Of a stretch of DNA of 64,000 bases, positions 1 to 7,588 are shown in pieces. Below the pieces are notes generated by a model that ran no database searches, had not been told where the DNA came from, and worked only from the letters and a program-made list of their open reading frames with translations. Position numbers and translations under genes: made by a program. This DNA comes from a virus. The DNA lies in IMG/VR virus record IMGVR_UViG_3300013125_000003, positions 1 to 64,000 of that record. The stretch is one strand, 5' to 3'. Position 1 is the first letter of the stretch. Each line of letters starts with the position of its first letter.

Positions 1-120
1 ATGGGTTCTGGAACTACTAACCTTGCTTGTTTAAAATTAAATCGCAAATCTATTGGAATTGAAAAGGAAAAACAATATTACGATGTTGCAGTTCGGAGGC
101 TTTCTTCGTATTGTGGCTAA
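1..120 (+). CDS. C-terminal end of a DNA methyltransferase (N4/N6 type), cut by window edge
   Basis: Frame 1 reads MGSGTTNLACLKLNRKSIGIEKEKQYYDVAVRRL..*, the (F)xGSGTT...IGIE SAM-binding end of beta-class MTases; TAA at 118-120. Confidence 0.8.
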   Translation: MGSGTTNLACLKLNRKSIGIEKEKQYYDVAVRRLSSYCG

Positions 121-133
121 CGGCTACGGCTAT

Positions 134-340
134 GTGTTAGAAGAAAAGCTGAAGTCGATTGCGACTAACGAACACGAAGAAAAGGTACGGAATCGTCGAA
201 ACGATCAGATCGGAGAAGGAGGAAGGGGTTTAAGGAAGAGAACGTACCGGGTCGTTGACGGAACCGTGATAGATCATACAACGAATAAACAATGCAGATG
301 GAAGGACGTACAAAAGGGTAAGATTGATCTGCTAAAATAA
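134..340 (+). pseudogene. C-terminal remnant of a class I peptide-chain release factor-like protein, GGQ region absent
   Basis: RNDQIGEGGRGLRKRTYRVVDGTVIDHTT...VQKGKIDLL resembles the RF1/RF2 tail (QIGxGxRSxxIRTY...VxDHR...GxLD); no GGQ upstream in frame. Confidence 0.6.
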
Positions 341-348
341 CGACTGAA

Positions 349-690
349 ATGAAAATACTATTCCTCGATGACGATCACAATCGGATCGATGTCATCAAAA
401 AAAGATGGGACGCAAATCATGAACTGAGCATTGCAGAAAATGCGGCTGAAGCTATTGATCTGTTAAAAAAGATCAAATTTGACTTGGCGAGCTTGGATCA
501 CGATCTTGGAGGAAAGGTTTTTCAACAGAGCGGTAAGAATACGGGTTACGAAGTAGCTCAGTTCATAGCAAAGATGAAAGACCCTCCGCCGATAGTAATA
601 GTTCACTCTTGGAATTACGATGGAGCTCAGAACATGCTAGCTGAACTTCGTGGAGTAACTGAAACTGATTATCAGCCATTTGTTGTATAA
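349..690 (+). CDS. Cyclic-phosphate-processing receiver-domain protein
   Basis: ILFLDDD...SLDHDLG...TGYEVA...VHSWN motif series. Confidence 0.75.
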   Translation: MKILFLDDDHNRIDVIKKRWDANHELSIAENAAEAIDLLKKIKFDLASLDHDLGGKVFQQSGKNTGYEVAQFIAKMKDPPPIVIVHSWNYDGAQNMLAELRGVTETDYQPFVV

Positions 691-703
691 ATTTAGAAAG
701 AAC

Positions 704-1117
704 ATGATAAAAGCAACTAGAAATCAAATCTACAACGTTCACAACCATTACCAGGGAAAGACCAAGAAGGTCCTGTGTGCGTGCTCCGCTGGTCTGTTAA
801 GGTCAGCCACTCTCCAGAATTTTCTGATCAGAGAGTACGGTTACAACGTCAGAAACTGCGGAACCGACGAATCTTACGCACTAATCCCTATATCCGAAGC
901 TTTGGTTGAATGGGCAGACGAGATAGTTTTCGTCAATTCTCAGAATTACAACATGGTGAAGGAAGAGATCGAAAGTCTTGGAGCAACCGAAAAGTGCTAC
1001 GTTCTCAATATTCCGGACATTTACGCGTTTAACGATCCTGCTCTAGTAGACATCTGTAAGGAACAGTACGAGAGAATCGTTCTAACGAAAGTGGCTGGTA
1101 CTGCTGACGATAAATAA
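704..1117 (+). CDS. Low-molecular-weight tyrosine-phosphatase-like protein
   Basis: CSAGLLRS (C-x5-R) P-loop; WADEIVF and LNIPDIY motifs; likely start ATG 704. Confidence 0.75.
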   Translation: MIKATRNQIYNVHNHYQGKTKKVLCACSAGLLRSATLQNFLIREYGYNVRNCGTDESYALIPISEALVEWADEIVFVNSQNYNMVKEEIESLGATEKCYVLNIPDIYAFNDPALVDICKEQYERIVLTKVAGTADDK

Positions 1118-1121
1118 AGGT

Positions 1122-1298
1122 ATGAAACAATTCGTACCTAATTTTTCGGAATTTTCCAGAGTTTACGAGCAAGTTGCTAAAGAGGACGAGATTCTCAAAG
1201 GTGGAAAAGCGGACGACCAAGAGTTTCGTTTCGTTCGATCGGCTGATGTATTGGAAAAACAACAAGTGAAACCTTTTTCGGTAACCTTGTATAAATAA
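1122..1298 (+). CDS. Small 58-aa late protein with capsid-targeting-like N-terminus (not in ORF track)
   Basis: ATAAATA at 1110-1116, then MKQFVPNFSEFSRVYEQVAKEDEILKGGKADD...LYK*. Confidence 0.55.
   Translation: MKQFVPNFSEFSRVYEQVAKEDEILKGGKADDQEFRFVRSADVLEKQQVKPFSVTLYK
1268..1297 (+). promoter_or_regulatory. Composite promoter GAAAC-N16-GTATAAATA
   Basis: GAAAC 1268-1272, GTATAAATA 1289-1297 (contains the T4 late consensus TATAAATA). Confidence 0.6.
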
Positions 1299-1322
1299 CC
1301 CAGAACGACGCTTAACAACGAT

Positions 1323-1441
1323 ATGAAATAGGTAACGAGACAAACACGCAAAACTGAAAGACCTCAGCGTTTCGCAGAGGCGACCCAAACGGGCGCTAGC
1401 GTGACGTTCTCGATCAAGTTTATTAAAGGCGCCCGTTTTTT
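1323..1441 (+). promoter_or_regulatory. Met-Lys-amber leader plus terminator-like stem (putative attenuator) upstream of tRNA-fMet
   Basis: ATG AAA TAG 1323-1331; stem AAACGGGCGCT 1387-1397 / GGCGCCCGTTT 1428-1438 followed by T run. Confidence 0.5.
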
Positions 1442-1445
1442 ACAT

Positions 1446-1518
1446 CGCGGGGTGGCAGCAGAGGTAGCTCGCAAGGCTCATAACCTTGAGGTCGAAGGTT
1501 CGAATCCTTCTCCCGCAA
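1446..1518 (+). tRNA. tRNA-fMet (CAT), initiator type
   Basis: CGCGGGG...CAAGG-CTCATAA-CCTTG...GAAGG-TTCGAAT-CCTTC-TCCCGCA-A; C1:A72 mismatch; no encoded CCA. Confidence 0.92.
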
Positions 1519-1570
1519 CACTTGTAGGTATCGCATCGGGCAAGTACTGGAATCTACCTACTATTTTTTT

Positions 1571-1599
1571 ACCTCATCCTGAAAAGGGTGAGGTTTTTT
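1571..1599 (+). terminator. Rho-independent terminator after tRNA-fMet
   Basis: ACCTCATCCT-GAAA-AGGGTGAGGT-TTTTT. Confidence 0.75.
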
Positions 1600-1616
1600 A
1601 TTGGTACAATACTCTC

Positions 1617-2672
1617 ATGGAAACACCAGCACTATACTCACGGGACGATTTTAGGTCGCTAGTTTTTGCTCGCGATAATTACTCGTGTGTGATGTGCGGC
1701 AACCCGGCTAAGGACGCACATCACATCATAGAGCGTAGGCTGTTTTCAGACGGAGGTTATTACCTAGAAAACGGAGCTTCTCTGTGCGAGTACCACCACC
1801 TTGCAGCAGAAAGAACTACTCTATCGTGCAACGAGATTCGCAACAGTGCTGGTATAACTCAGATCGTCATACCTGATCACATGTACGATGATCTCCAATA
1901 CGATAAGTGGGGAAACATAATTCTGCCCAACGGCTTTAGATTGAGAGGTGAACTCTTTTACGACGAATCCGTTCAGAAAGTCCTATCAGAAGGGAACATG
2001 CTACACTTGTTTCAAAAGTACGTTAAGTACCCGAGAACGATGCACCTTCCTTGGAGCAATTTACTAAAGGATGACAGAATCTTGGCGAACGACGATCATT
2101 TTGTCGGAAAAAGAGTCATCGTTACCTTGAAGATGGACGGTGAGAACACGACCATGTACAACGATAAGATCCACGCACGTTCGTTAGACTCAGGAAGTCA
2201 CGAGACCAGGAATTGGGTGAAAGGCCTGTGGTCCAGAATCGGTTGGATGATCGACGATAACATGCGAATATGCGGAGAGAACCTCTACACTGTTCACTCA
2301 ATGAAGTATGACAACTTACCTTCATACTTCATGGTGTTTTCAGTTTGGATCGATAACACTTGCTTGGCCTGGGAAGAAACGACTGAGTACGCTCAGATCC
2401 TTGGACTGGAAACAGTTCCTGTGATCTATGACGGCATTTACGACAGAGAAGCTATCGAAAAAGCGTTTGCTCAGTACTCAGAAACTAATGAGGGTTACGT
2501 TGTCCGAATAGCTGACAGCTTCAACTACGGCGATTTCAGAAAGAGCATAGCCAAGTACGTTCGGCCGCAATTTAGGCAGGCGATCAACAATTCGCACGGA
2601 CACTGGATCTCAAAAAAAGTAGAAACTAATAAGCTGAAAAGTGACAGTTCAACGGAAAAAGTGGTACGTTAA
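1617..2672 (+). CDS. HNH-domain / RNA ligase (Rnl2-like) fusion
   Basis: N-terminal CxxC..DAHH..N...LC..HH; ligase KYPRT.HLPWS, KMDGEN, GENL, EGYVVR; start ATG 1617 (track start 1401 runs through the tRNA). Confidence 0.85.
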   Translation: METPALYSRDDFRSLVFARDNYSCVMCGNPAKDAHHIIERRLFSDGGYYLENGASLCEYHHLAAERTTLSCNEIRNSAGITQIVIPDHMYDDLQYDKWGNIILPNGFRLRGELFYDESVQKVLSEGNMLHLFQKYVKYPRTMHLPWSNLLKDDRILANDDHFVGKRVIVTLKMDGENTTMYNDKIHARSLDSGSHETRNWVKGLWSRIGWMIDDNMRICGENLYTVHSMKYDNLPSYFMVFSVWIDNTCLAWEETTEYAQILGLETVPVIYDGIYDREAIEKAFAQYSETNEGYVVRIADSFNYGDFRKSIAKYVRPQFRQAINNSHGHWISKKVETNKLKSDSSTEKVVR

Positions 2673-2719
2673 ACTTCACTAAGCAATTTTGCACCACAAT
2701 AACAAAAAAATCAAACAAG

Positions 2720-2806
2720 ATGAAGTAGAGCATTAGAAGTCCTGTCGGAGTTTTTGAATCTCAAGCTGTTAATTCACAAAATTCACAACAAAAAAATTCA
2801 AAAACA
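2720..2806 (+). promoter_or_regulatory. Met-Lys-amber mini-leader in frame with the downstream gene
   Basis: ATG AAG TAG 2720-2728, then 26 sense codons with no stop to ATG 2807. Confidence 0.55.
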
Positions 2807-3106
2807 ATGACAACAAAAGACTTAAAATCGGAAATCAAAGCCCTCGCAGAAAAGCAGAGGCAGACCAAGGAACAGAGAAAAACTGTAAACTTCAAGGGAA
2901 CACGTTCTTTGAATCCTAAAGACGCGCAGCTTTTAGCGCTCGAACAGAAAAGCCAACTCAAGCACATGTACATCGCGTACGCTCTGCTCAGAGGCAAATC
3001 TATAGAGACGGCTATCAACCCGGAAACTGAGTATTCACAAAGAAAGGTTGACGAAATCATGGCGAAGTATGCAGAAGCTGTTTGTGTTAGTGAGAACGGA
3101 TCTTAA
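2807..3106 (+). CDS. Hypothetical basic protein paired with the PTH2-like gene
   Basis: 99-aa ORF with HMYIAYALLRGK motif; overlaps next gene. Confidence 0.7.
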   Translation: MTTKDLKSEIKALAEKQRQTKEQRKTVNFKGTRSLNPKDAQLLALEQKSQLKHMYIAYALLRGKSIETAINPETEYSQRKVDEIMAKYAEAVCVSENGS

Positions 3107-3362
3107 GGGATCCAGCCCAGCCGTACAGGCTGGCCACGCCGTCGCGCAGTGGATGATTGATCATCCGAACACCTGGGAAAACGAAACCCTGGTCTACCTA
3201 AACGTCGGTTCAAAGTTCGACCTGCACAAGTGGATCTCAAAAATTTACTACAAAGACTTGGATTTCTCAATTTTCAAAGAACCTGACCTTGATCACGAAG
3301 CAACAGCGATCGCTTGTTTAACCGATAAACGCAACATCTTCAGCAACCTTCCGCTCCTGTGA
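3069..3362 (+). CDS. Peptidyl-tRNA hydrolase, PTH2-like
   Basis: KLFVLVRTDL..AVQAGHAVAQW...FKEPD....TAIA...LPLL. Confidence 0.8.
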   Translation: MQKLFVLVRTDLKGSSPAVQAGHAVAQWMIDHPNTWENETLVYLNVGSKFDLHKWISKIYYKDLDFSIFKEPDLDHEATAIACLTDKRNIFSNLPLL

Positions 3363-3379
3363 GCGGAAGGTTTCCTTTT
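3345..3379 (+). terminator. 12-bp hairpin overlapping the PTH2 stop codon
   Basis: AACCTTCCGCTC-CTGT-GAGCGGAAGGTT then TCCTTTT. Confidence 0.55.
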
Positions 3380-3391
3380 AACAAGAAAAAC

Positions 3392-3814
3392 ATGGACACT
3401 TACTTAGATCATAAAAACGTAGTCAAGAGACTAGTTGACGAGTACCGATTTCACGAAGGTTTGGTCGTAGCGTACGATTTTGACAACACTGTGTACGATT
3501 ATCGCAAAAAGGGAGACACTTACGACATGGTAGTTGACCTACTAAGAACGTTGGAAAAAGTTCCTGGAATAAGCTTTGTTGTTTGGACCGGAACTGCTAA
3601 CGAACGCCACGATTTTGTTAGAGCCTATCTTCAAGCGAACGACATTCCGTACCATACGATAAACGAGAACCCATCTTTCTTCAAATCTTCGAGTAGAAAG
3701 ATCTTTTACAGCATCCTTCTCGATGATAGAGCTGGTTTAGTCTCAGCGTACAATGCCCTGGTTGACTTTTTGAACGAAATTGGGGTACAGTATTTTTACA
3801 AAGAAAGATCATGA
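3392..3814 (+). CDS. HAD-superfamily phosphatase-like protein
   Basis: VAYDFDNT motif I, VWT motif II, K..ILLDDRAG motif IV. Confidence 0.75.
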   Translation: MDTYLDHKNVVKRLVDEYRFHEGLVVAYDFDNTVYDYRKKGDTYDMVVDLLRTLEKVPGISFVVWTGTANERHDFVRAYLQANDIPYHTINENPSFFKSSSRKIFYSILLDDRAGLVSAYNALVDFLNEIGVQYFYKERS

Positions 3815-3861
3815 AAAAGTCCGTAAAAGTTTTAGTAGTTGGCGAAACTTTCGATTAAATT

Positions 3862-3932
3862 GGGTTTGTAGTTCAGCGGTAGAACGGCGGTCTCTAAAAC
3901 CGTTAGTCGGGGGTTCGACTCCCCCATTCCCT
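3862..3932 (+). tRNA. Amber suppressor tRNA (anticodon CTA), Trp-like body, imperfect acceptor stem
   Basis: D arm GTTC/GAAC; anticodon arm GCGGT-CT[CTA]AA-ACCGT (CTA 3894-3896); T arm GGGGG-TTCGACT-CCCCC; acceptor GGGTTTG/CATTCCC with two U-U mismatches and one C shared with the T stem. Confidence 0.75.
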
Positions 3933-3935
3933 CAG

Positions 3936-3960
3936 AAGCCTGAACCACTCAGGCTTTTTT
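3936..3960 (+). terminator. Terminator after the suppressor tRNA
   Basis: AAGCCTGA-ACCAC-TCAGGCTT-TTTT. Confidence 0.75.
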
Positions 3961-3986
3961 AGTATAAGAGCGAAAAGTTACATTAG

Positions 3987-5855
3987 ATGTCTAAGAACAG
4001 GATAGCTCTAATCCAAGTATGGTTCGGTAAGCTTCCCAGCTATTTCGAGTACCACCACTCAACCTGCCTAAACCAGAGAATCGATTTTTACTTTTTCACC
4101 GACCAAGAAGTCGACAAAAAGTTCGAAGCTGAAAACGTAAAATTCTTCAAGATCACGCCGAGAGACGTTCAGCAGAGATTGTTCGACAGAACAAAAAGAC
4201 CTCTAGTAATCCCGTCAGCTTACAAGCTCAACGATATTAAGCCTACTTATCCGGACCTTTTTCGAGAGTATGTGAAGGATTACGAGTTCGTTGGTTGGTA
4301 CGATATTGACACTTTGCTTGGAGATGTTGCTTCCTGGATGGAACCTTATCTTGACGAGTTTGACGTGATCTCCTTCGGAGAGAACGGTCCAATTTACAAT
4401 CGCATCTCTGGACCTTTGGCGATAACTCGAAACACCGAAAAAGTTAGAACAGTTTACCTAAATGATCCAACCTTTTACGAGTGCATGTCAAAACCAGACT
4501 ACGACGAGTACGACGAGAGGAAGATAACCGAAACTTACGAAAAGCTAGGGATTCATGTGAAGGTCATGTTTGACTGTTCTAACATGGACCCGATCAGCTA
4601 CAAGATCAAGTTTGACGCACTTTGGACTGGCGGGAAAGTGTACGTTGGCGGAGTAGAAAAGATGATCTACCACTTCTTCAGAAAGAAGCACACTGAGTTC
4701 AAGAGAAGGGGCCAAGCGATCGTAGCTAGGAGAAAAGTGGAGTACTTGGACGATTTCTACTACATCACATACTTCACGCAGAGTTACGAGCCGACCGCTA
4801 GAACTCTGATCAGCACGATAGAAAAGTTCTCGAGAAGAAGGTGCATTTTGTACACGGTGAACTATTCGTCCACGTTAGTTCACGAGCTATCCGATCAATT
4901 CGTAGTTAGGCGGATAGACATCACAGGCAGGGATTTTCTTGACAAGCGCGGGCGCAGCTTCAACACGATCACTTCCAAGCCGGTCATTCAACTCGACTCA
5001 CTTACTGCTTTTCCAGGAAAGAAGTTCGTGTTCCTTGACACCGACATTTACATCACGGTAGGCATGGATTCGATAGCTAAGTACTTCAACCAGCTGGAAA
5101 ATTACCCCTTGACGAATTCCCACGTGCACGACGTCATCTACAGCATAGAAGATAACGGCGACCGCGTTAGTTCGTTGCACGCTCTTGGCGACGAGATAGG
5201 TGTTCCTGTTAGAATATTTCCTAGACGAAAGACCAACGTGATGCTATACGACGAAAGGTCAGCGTGGTTCTTCAAAGAGCAGATGGACATCTACAACGAG
5301 CACAAGGATTCGACCAGGAGGTCCATCTTTAAGTTTCACGATGAGGACACATTCAACATCATACTGTCAAAGTACGACCTCCCTAAAGCCCTCCCAGTAG
5401 TGGACATTGAGGAATCGTTCGACATAAACCTAAACATTTACGATAATTACACTTACAACTGCTGTCCAATATCTGACAAAGCAATCGTTCCGAAAACTGA
5501 TCGTGACGTTTACGTGTTTCATGGTTACAAGAGTCCGGAAGTTTTTCAGCAAGTCGAAGACACCTACGGCTCTACTGTTCTTGATAAAACCGACATGATC
5601 GTCGAGTACGACGGGAAGGACGTTGTTCTGATAAAAACATCGTTTCTCAAGGAGAAAAGGATCGAACCGAAAGTAAACGTCATTCTGAAGGACGATGATG
5701 CCGAAATATTTAGGTGTGGTTGGGAAATATTCAACTCTCAGCTGTTCTTCATCTGGGGAATTCACTTACAGAATCGCAAGACCTACTTGGTAGAACTGAC
5801 CGAACAGGGAACTGACCGTTTAATTTTCAGGACCGAGCTGATCACAAACTACTGA
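3987..5855 (+). CDS. Two-domain glycosyltransferase-like protein
   Basis: N-domain WFGKLPSYF...YKLNDIKP...GWYDID; second domain FLDTD (DxD) and HDED. Confidence 0.65.
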   Translation: MSKNRIALIQVWFGKLPSYFEYHHSTCLNQRIDFYFFTDQEVDKKFEAENVKFFKITPRDVQQRLFDRTKRPLVIPSAYKLNDIKPTYPDLFREYVKDYEFVGWYDIDTLLGDVASWMEPYLDEFDVISFGENGPIYNRISGPLAITRNTEKVRTVYLNDPTFYECMSKPDYDEYDERKITETYEKLGIHVKVMFDCSNMDPISYKIKFDALWTGGKVYVGGVEKMIYHFFRKKHTEFKRRGQAIVARRKVEYLDDFYYITYFTQSYEPTARTLISTIEKFSRRRCILYTVNYSSTLVHELSDQFVVRRIDITGRDFLDKRGRSFNTITSKPVIQLDSLTAFPGKKFVFLDTDIYITVGMDSIAKYFNQLENYPLTNSHVHDVIYSIEDNGDRVSSLHALGDEIGVPVRIFPRRKTNVMLYDERSAWFFKEQMDIYNEHKDSTRRSIFKFHDEDTFNIILSKYDLPKALPVVDIEESFDINLNIYDNYTYNCCPISDKAIVPKTDRDVYVFHGYKSPEVFQQVEDTYGSTVLDKTDMIVEYDGKDVVLIKTSFLKEKRIEPKVNVILKDDDAEIFRCGWEIFNSQLFFIWGIHLQNRKTYLVELTEQGTDRLIFRTELITNY

Positions 5856-5879
5856 TAAATAAGAATAAAGTAGCGGATC

Positions 5880-6851
5880 ATGTCAACTTACCAAGCCAGA
5901 CCTTTTGCAATCGGAGACATCGGTGCAGGCGGGATAGCCTATTACAACATGTCGATAGGCGAACCGAACCTTAATTACGATGAACTTCCTGGTGGGTTGA
6001 CGTGGTACATGGAACCAAACGAGATACCCGGGTTCATCATAGCTTTGTAGAACGGAGCTGAACCGACATTCTTTAGGTCCACTAATAAGACTGATGCTAG
6101 CTACCTTTCGCTACTACAATCTCTATACAAGAGCAGCACAGGATTGGAACCTGGCACAACGATACCCTGGTTCGACACGTTCCTTTCTACCAACAGCCTG
6201 TACACTTCTTACGAGGTCAGCGGGTCGATGAGCTTCACTGGAACTGGAACGTGTTACGGAGAAGTAGCCAGCGCTACCGACCTTCTCCCAGGAACGAATG
6301 ATTTTACAGTTGAATGGTTCCAGAAACAGAGCTTAGGTTCGGATTTTCCTAGAGTATTTCAGTTCGGTGCATGGCCTTCAGGATTCGGCACAAGCTCGAA
6401 AAGCGGAGCAATCTATTTTTGGTACAACGGGCAGTACATATTCAGAGGCTTGCCTACCTGGCAGGATGAGTGGATCCACATAGCGATATGCCGTTACAAG
6501 AATTACGTGAGGATATTTCACAACGACACTCAGCTTGGAGCAGCGGCTTACATACCGGACAACATCACTGATACTGAAACTGTTATGCATTTGGGAATCG
6601 ACCCTGGATACGCTTCTACCACTTACTTCACCGAGTTGATAAGCAACTTTCACGTAAATCCAACTGTTGCAAAATACTGGGAAAACTTTTCTGCGCCGAC
6701 ATCAGGATTGAACATATCTTACGATTCTCACCTTCTTTTGAGAGCATCAACCAACGGTTCTCTTCTAACCGATTCCAGTCCAATCGGAATGACTGTAACT
6801 ACTGCTGGATCAACACCTATAGCTTGGAGCTCAGATAAACCTTTCGTCTAA
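5880..6851 (+). CDS. Late LamG/concanavalin-like (putative virion) protein interrupted by in-frame TAG at codon 57
   Basis: ATAAATA 5855-5861; ATG 5880; TAG 6048-6050 in frame with track ORF 6144..6851; DFTVEWF, WIHIAICR, ISNFHV LamG motifs. Confidence 0.7.
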
Positions 6852-6915
6852 TTGGAGTATAAATAACTAGACCGATCACCGCATTTTTTAGTAGGTTAGC
6901 CCAAACTATCGACTA

Positions 6916-7269
6916 ATGTGCGAAGACGAAACTATTAACAGAACCATAATGAAGTTGTTTCGCCAATTCAAACTGGGGAACACTCTTCACACTTGCAAGT
7001 ACAGAATAGATAAGGAACTTGTAAAGCGGGCTAACCTTGGAGAACGCGCTCTCGACGAGCTCGTTCGCACAGAGATCTCTCGCGTTTTAGCTGAGCAGAT
7101 CGTAAATCAGCACAGATCGGAAATTAGTTCCGTCGAAGACGAAGAATTCGTCGAGTACGGAGGCCGGCTCATGGTCATAGGTCTAAAAGACTTCAAGACC
7201 GTGGTCGAAGCGGCCATCCAAATGCTGCCGGAAGAACAAATAACAAAAATAAGAAATGGACAATCCTAA
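6916..7269 (+). CDS. Hypothetical protein
   Basis: ORF after AAAC-N16-GTATAAATA (6837-6865); coupled to next gene. Confidence 0.6.
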   Translation: MCEDETINRTIMKLFRQFKLGNTLHTCKYRIDKELVKRANLGERALDELVRTEISRVLAEQIVNQHRSEISSVEDEEFVEYGGRLMVIGLKDFKTVVEAAIQMLPEEQITKIRNGQS

Positions 7270-7588
7270 AGTAATTTTTCAAAATGCTGAAGAGTGGGTA
7301 AAGAAACTATTCAAAGGTCTAGGAAATGCCCTAGTAATAGCAATCGTTCTAGTAGTTGGTTTTTTCATCGGTTACTACTATTATGTTTTCACCAACAAAC
7401 CTGTTCAAGAATCACCTCTCGGAAACGTTAAGACTCTGAGAGAAACCTCAGTTGCGGTGAACGAACAAAGCGAACTCATGATCATAGATCGCTCTACTGG
7501 AAACTACACTGTGTACTGCGATTCGGTTGGTACAGCAATCTTCAACGTTTACGCTAACCAAAAATACCAGGAAGCAGTAAAACCATGA
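7256..7588 (+). CDS. Single-TM membrane protein next to SLT
   Basis: ALVIAIVLVVGFFIGYYY hydrophobic span; ATGA overlap with SLT. Confidence 0.65.
   Translation: MDNPKVIFQNAEEWVKKLFKGLGNALVIAIVLVVGFFIGYYYYVFTNKPVQESPLGNVKTLRETSVAVNEQSELMIIDRSTGNYTVYCDSVGTAIFNVYANQKYQEAVKP

Noticed and set aside
1401-1616. N-terminal 72 aa of track ORF 1401..2672 (also in frame with the 1323 leader)
   Set aside because: It translates through tRNA-fMet and a terminator. The ligase more plausibly starts at ATG 1617 after GTACAAT; a leader-ligase fusion is possible but unsupported.
3780-3962. 60-aa track ORF
   Set aside because: It is a translation of the suppressor tRNA and its terminator.
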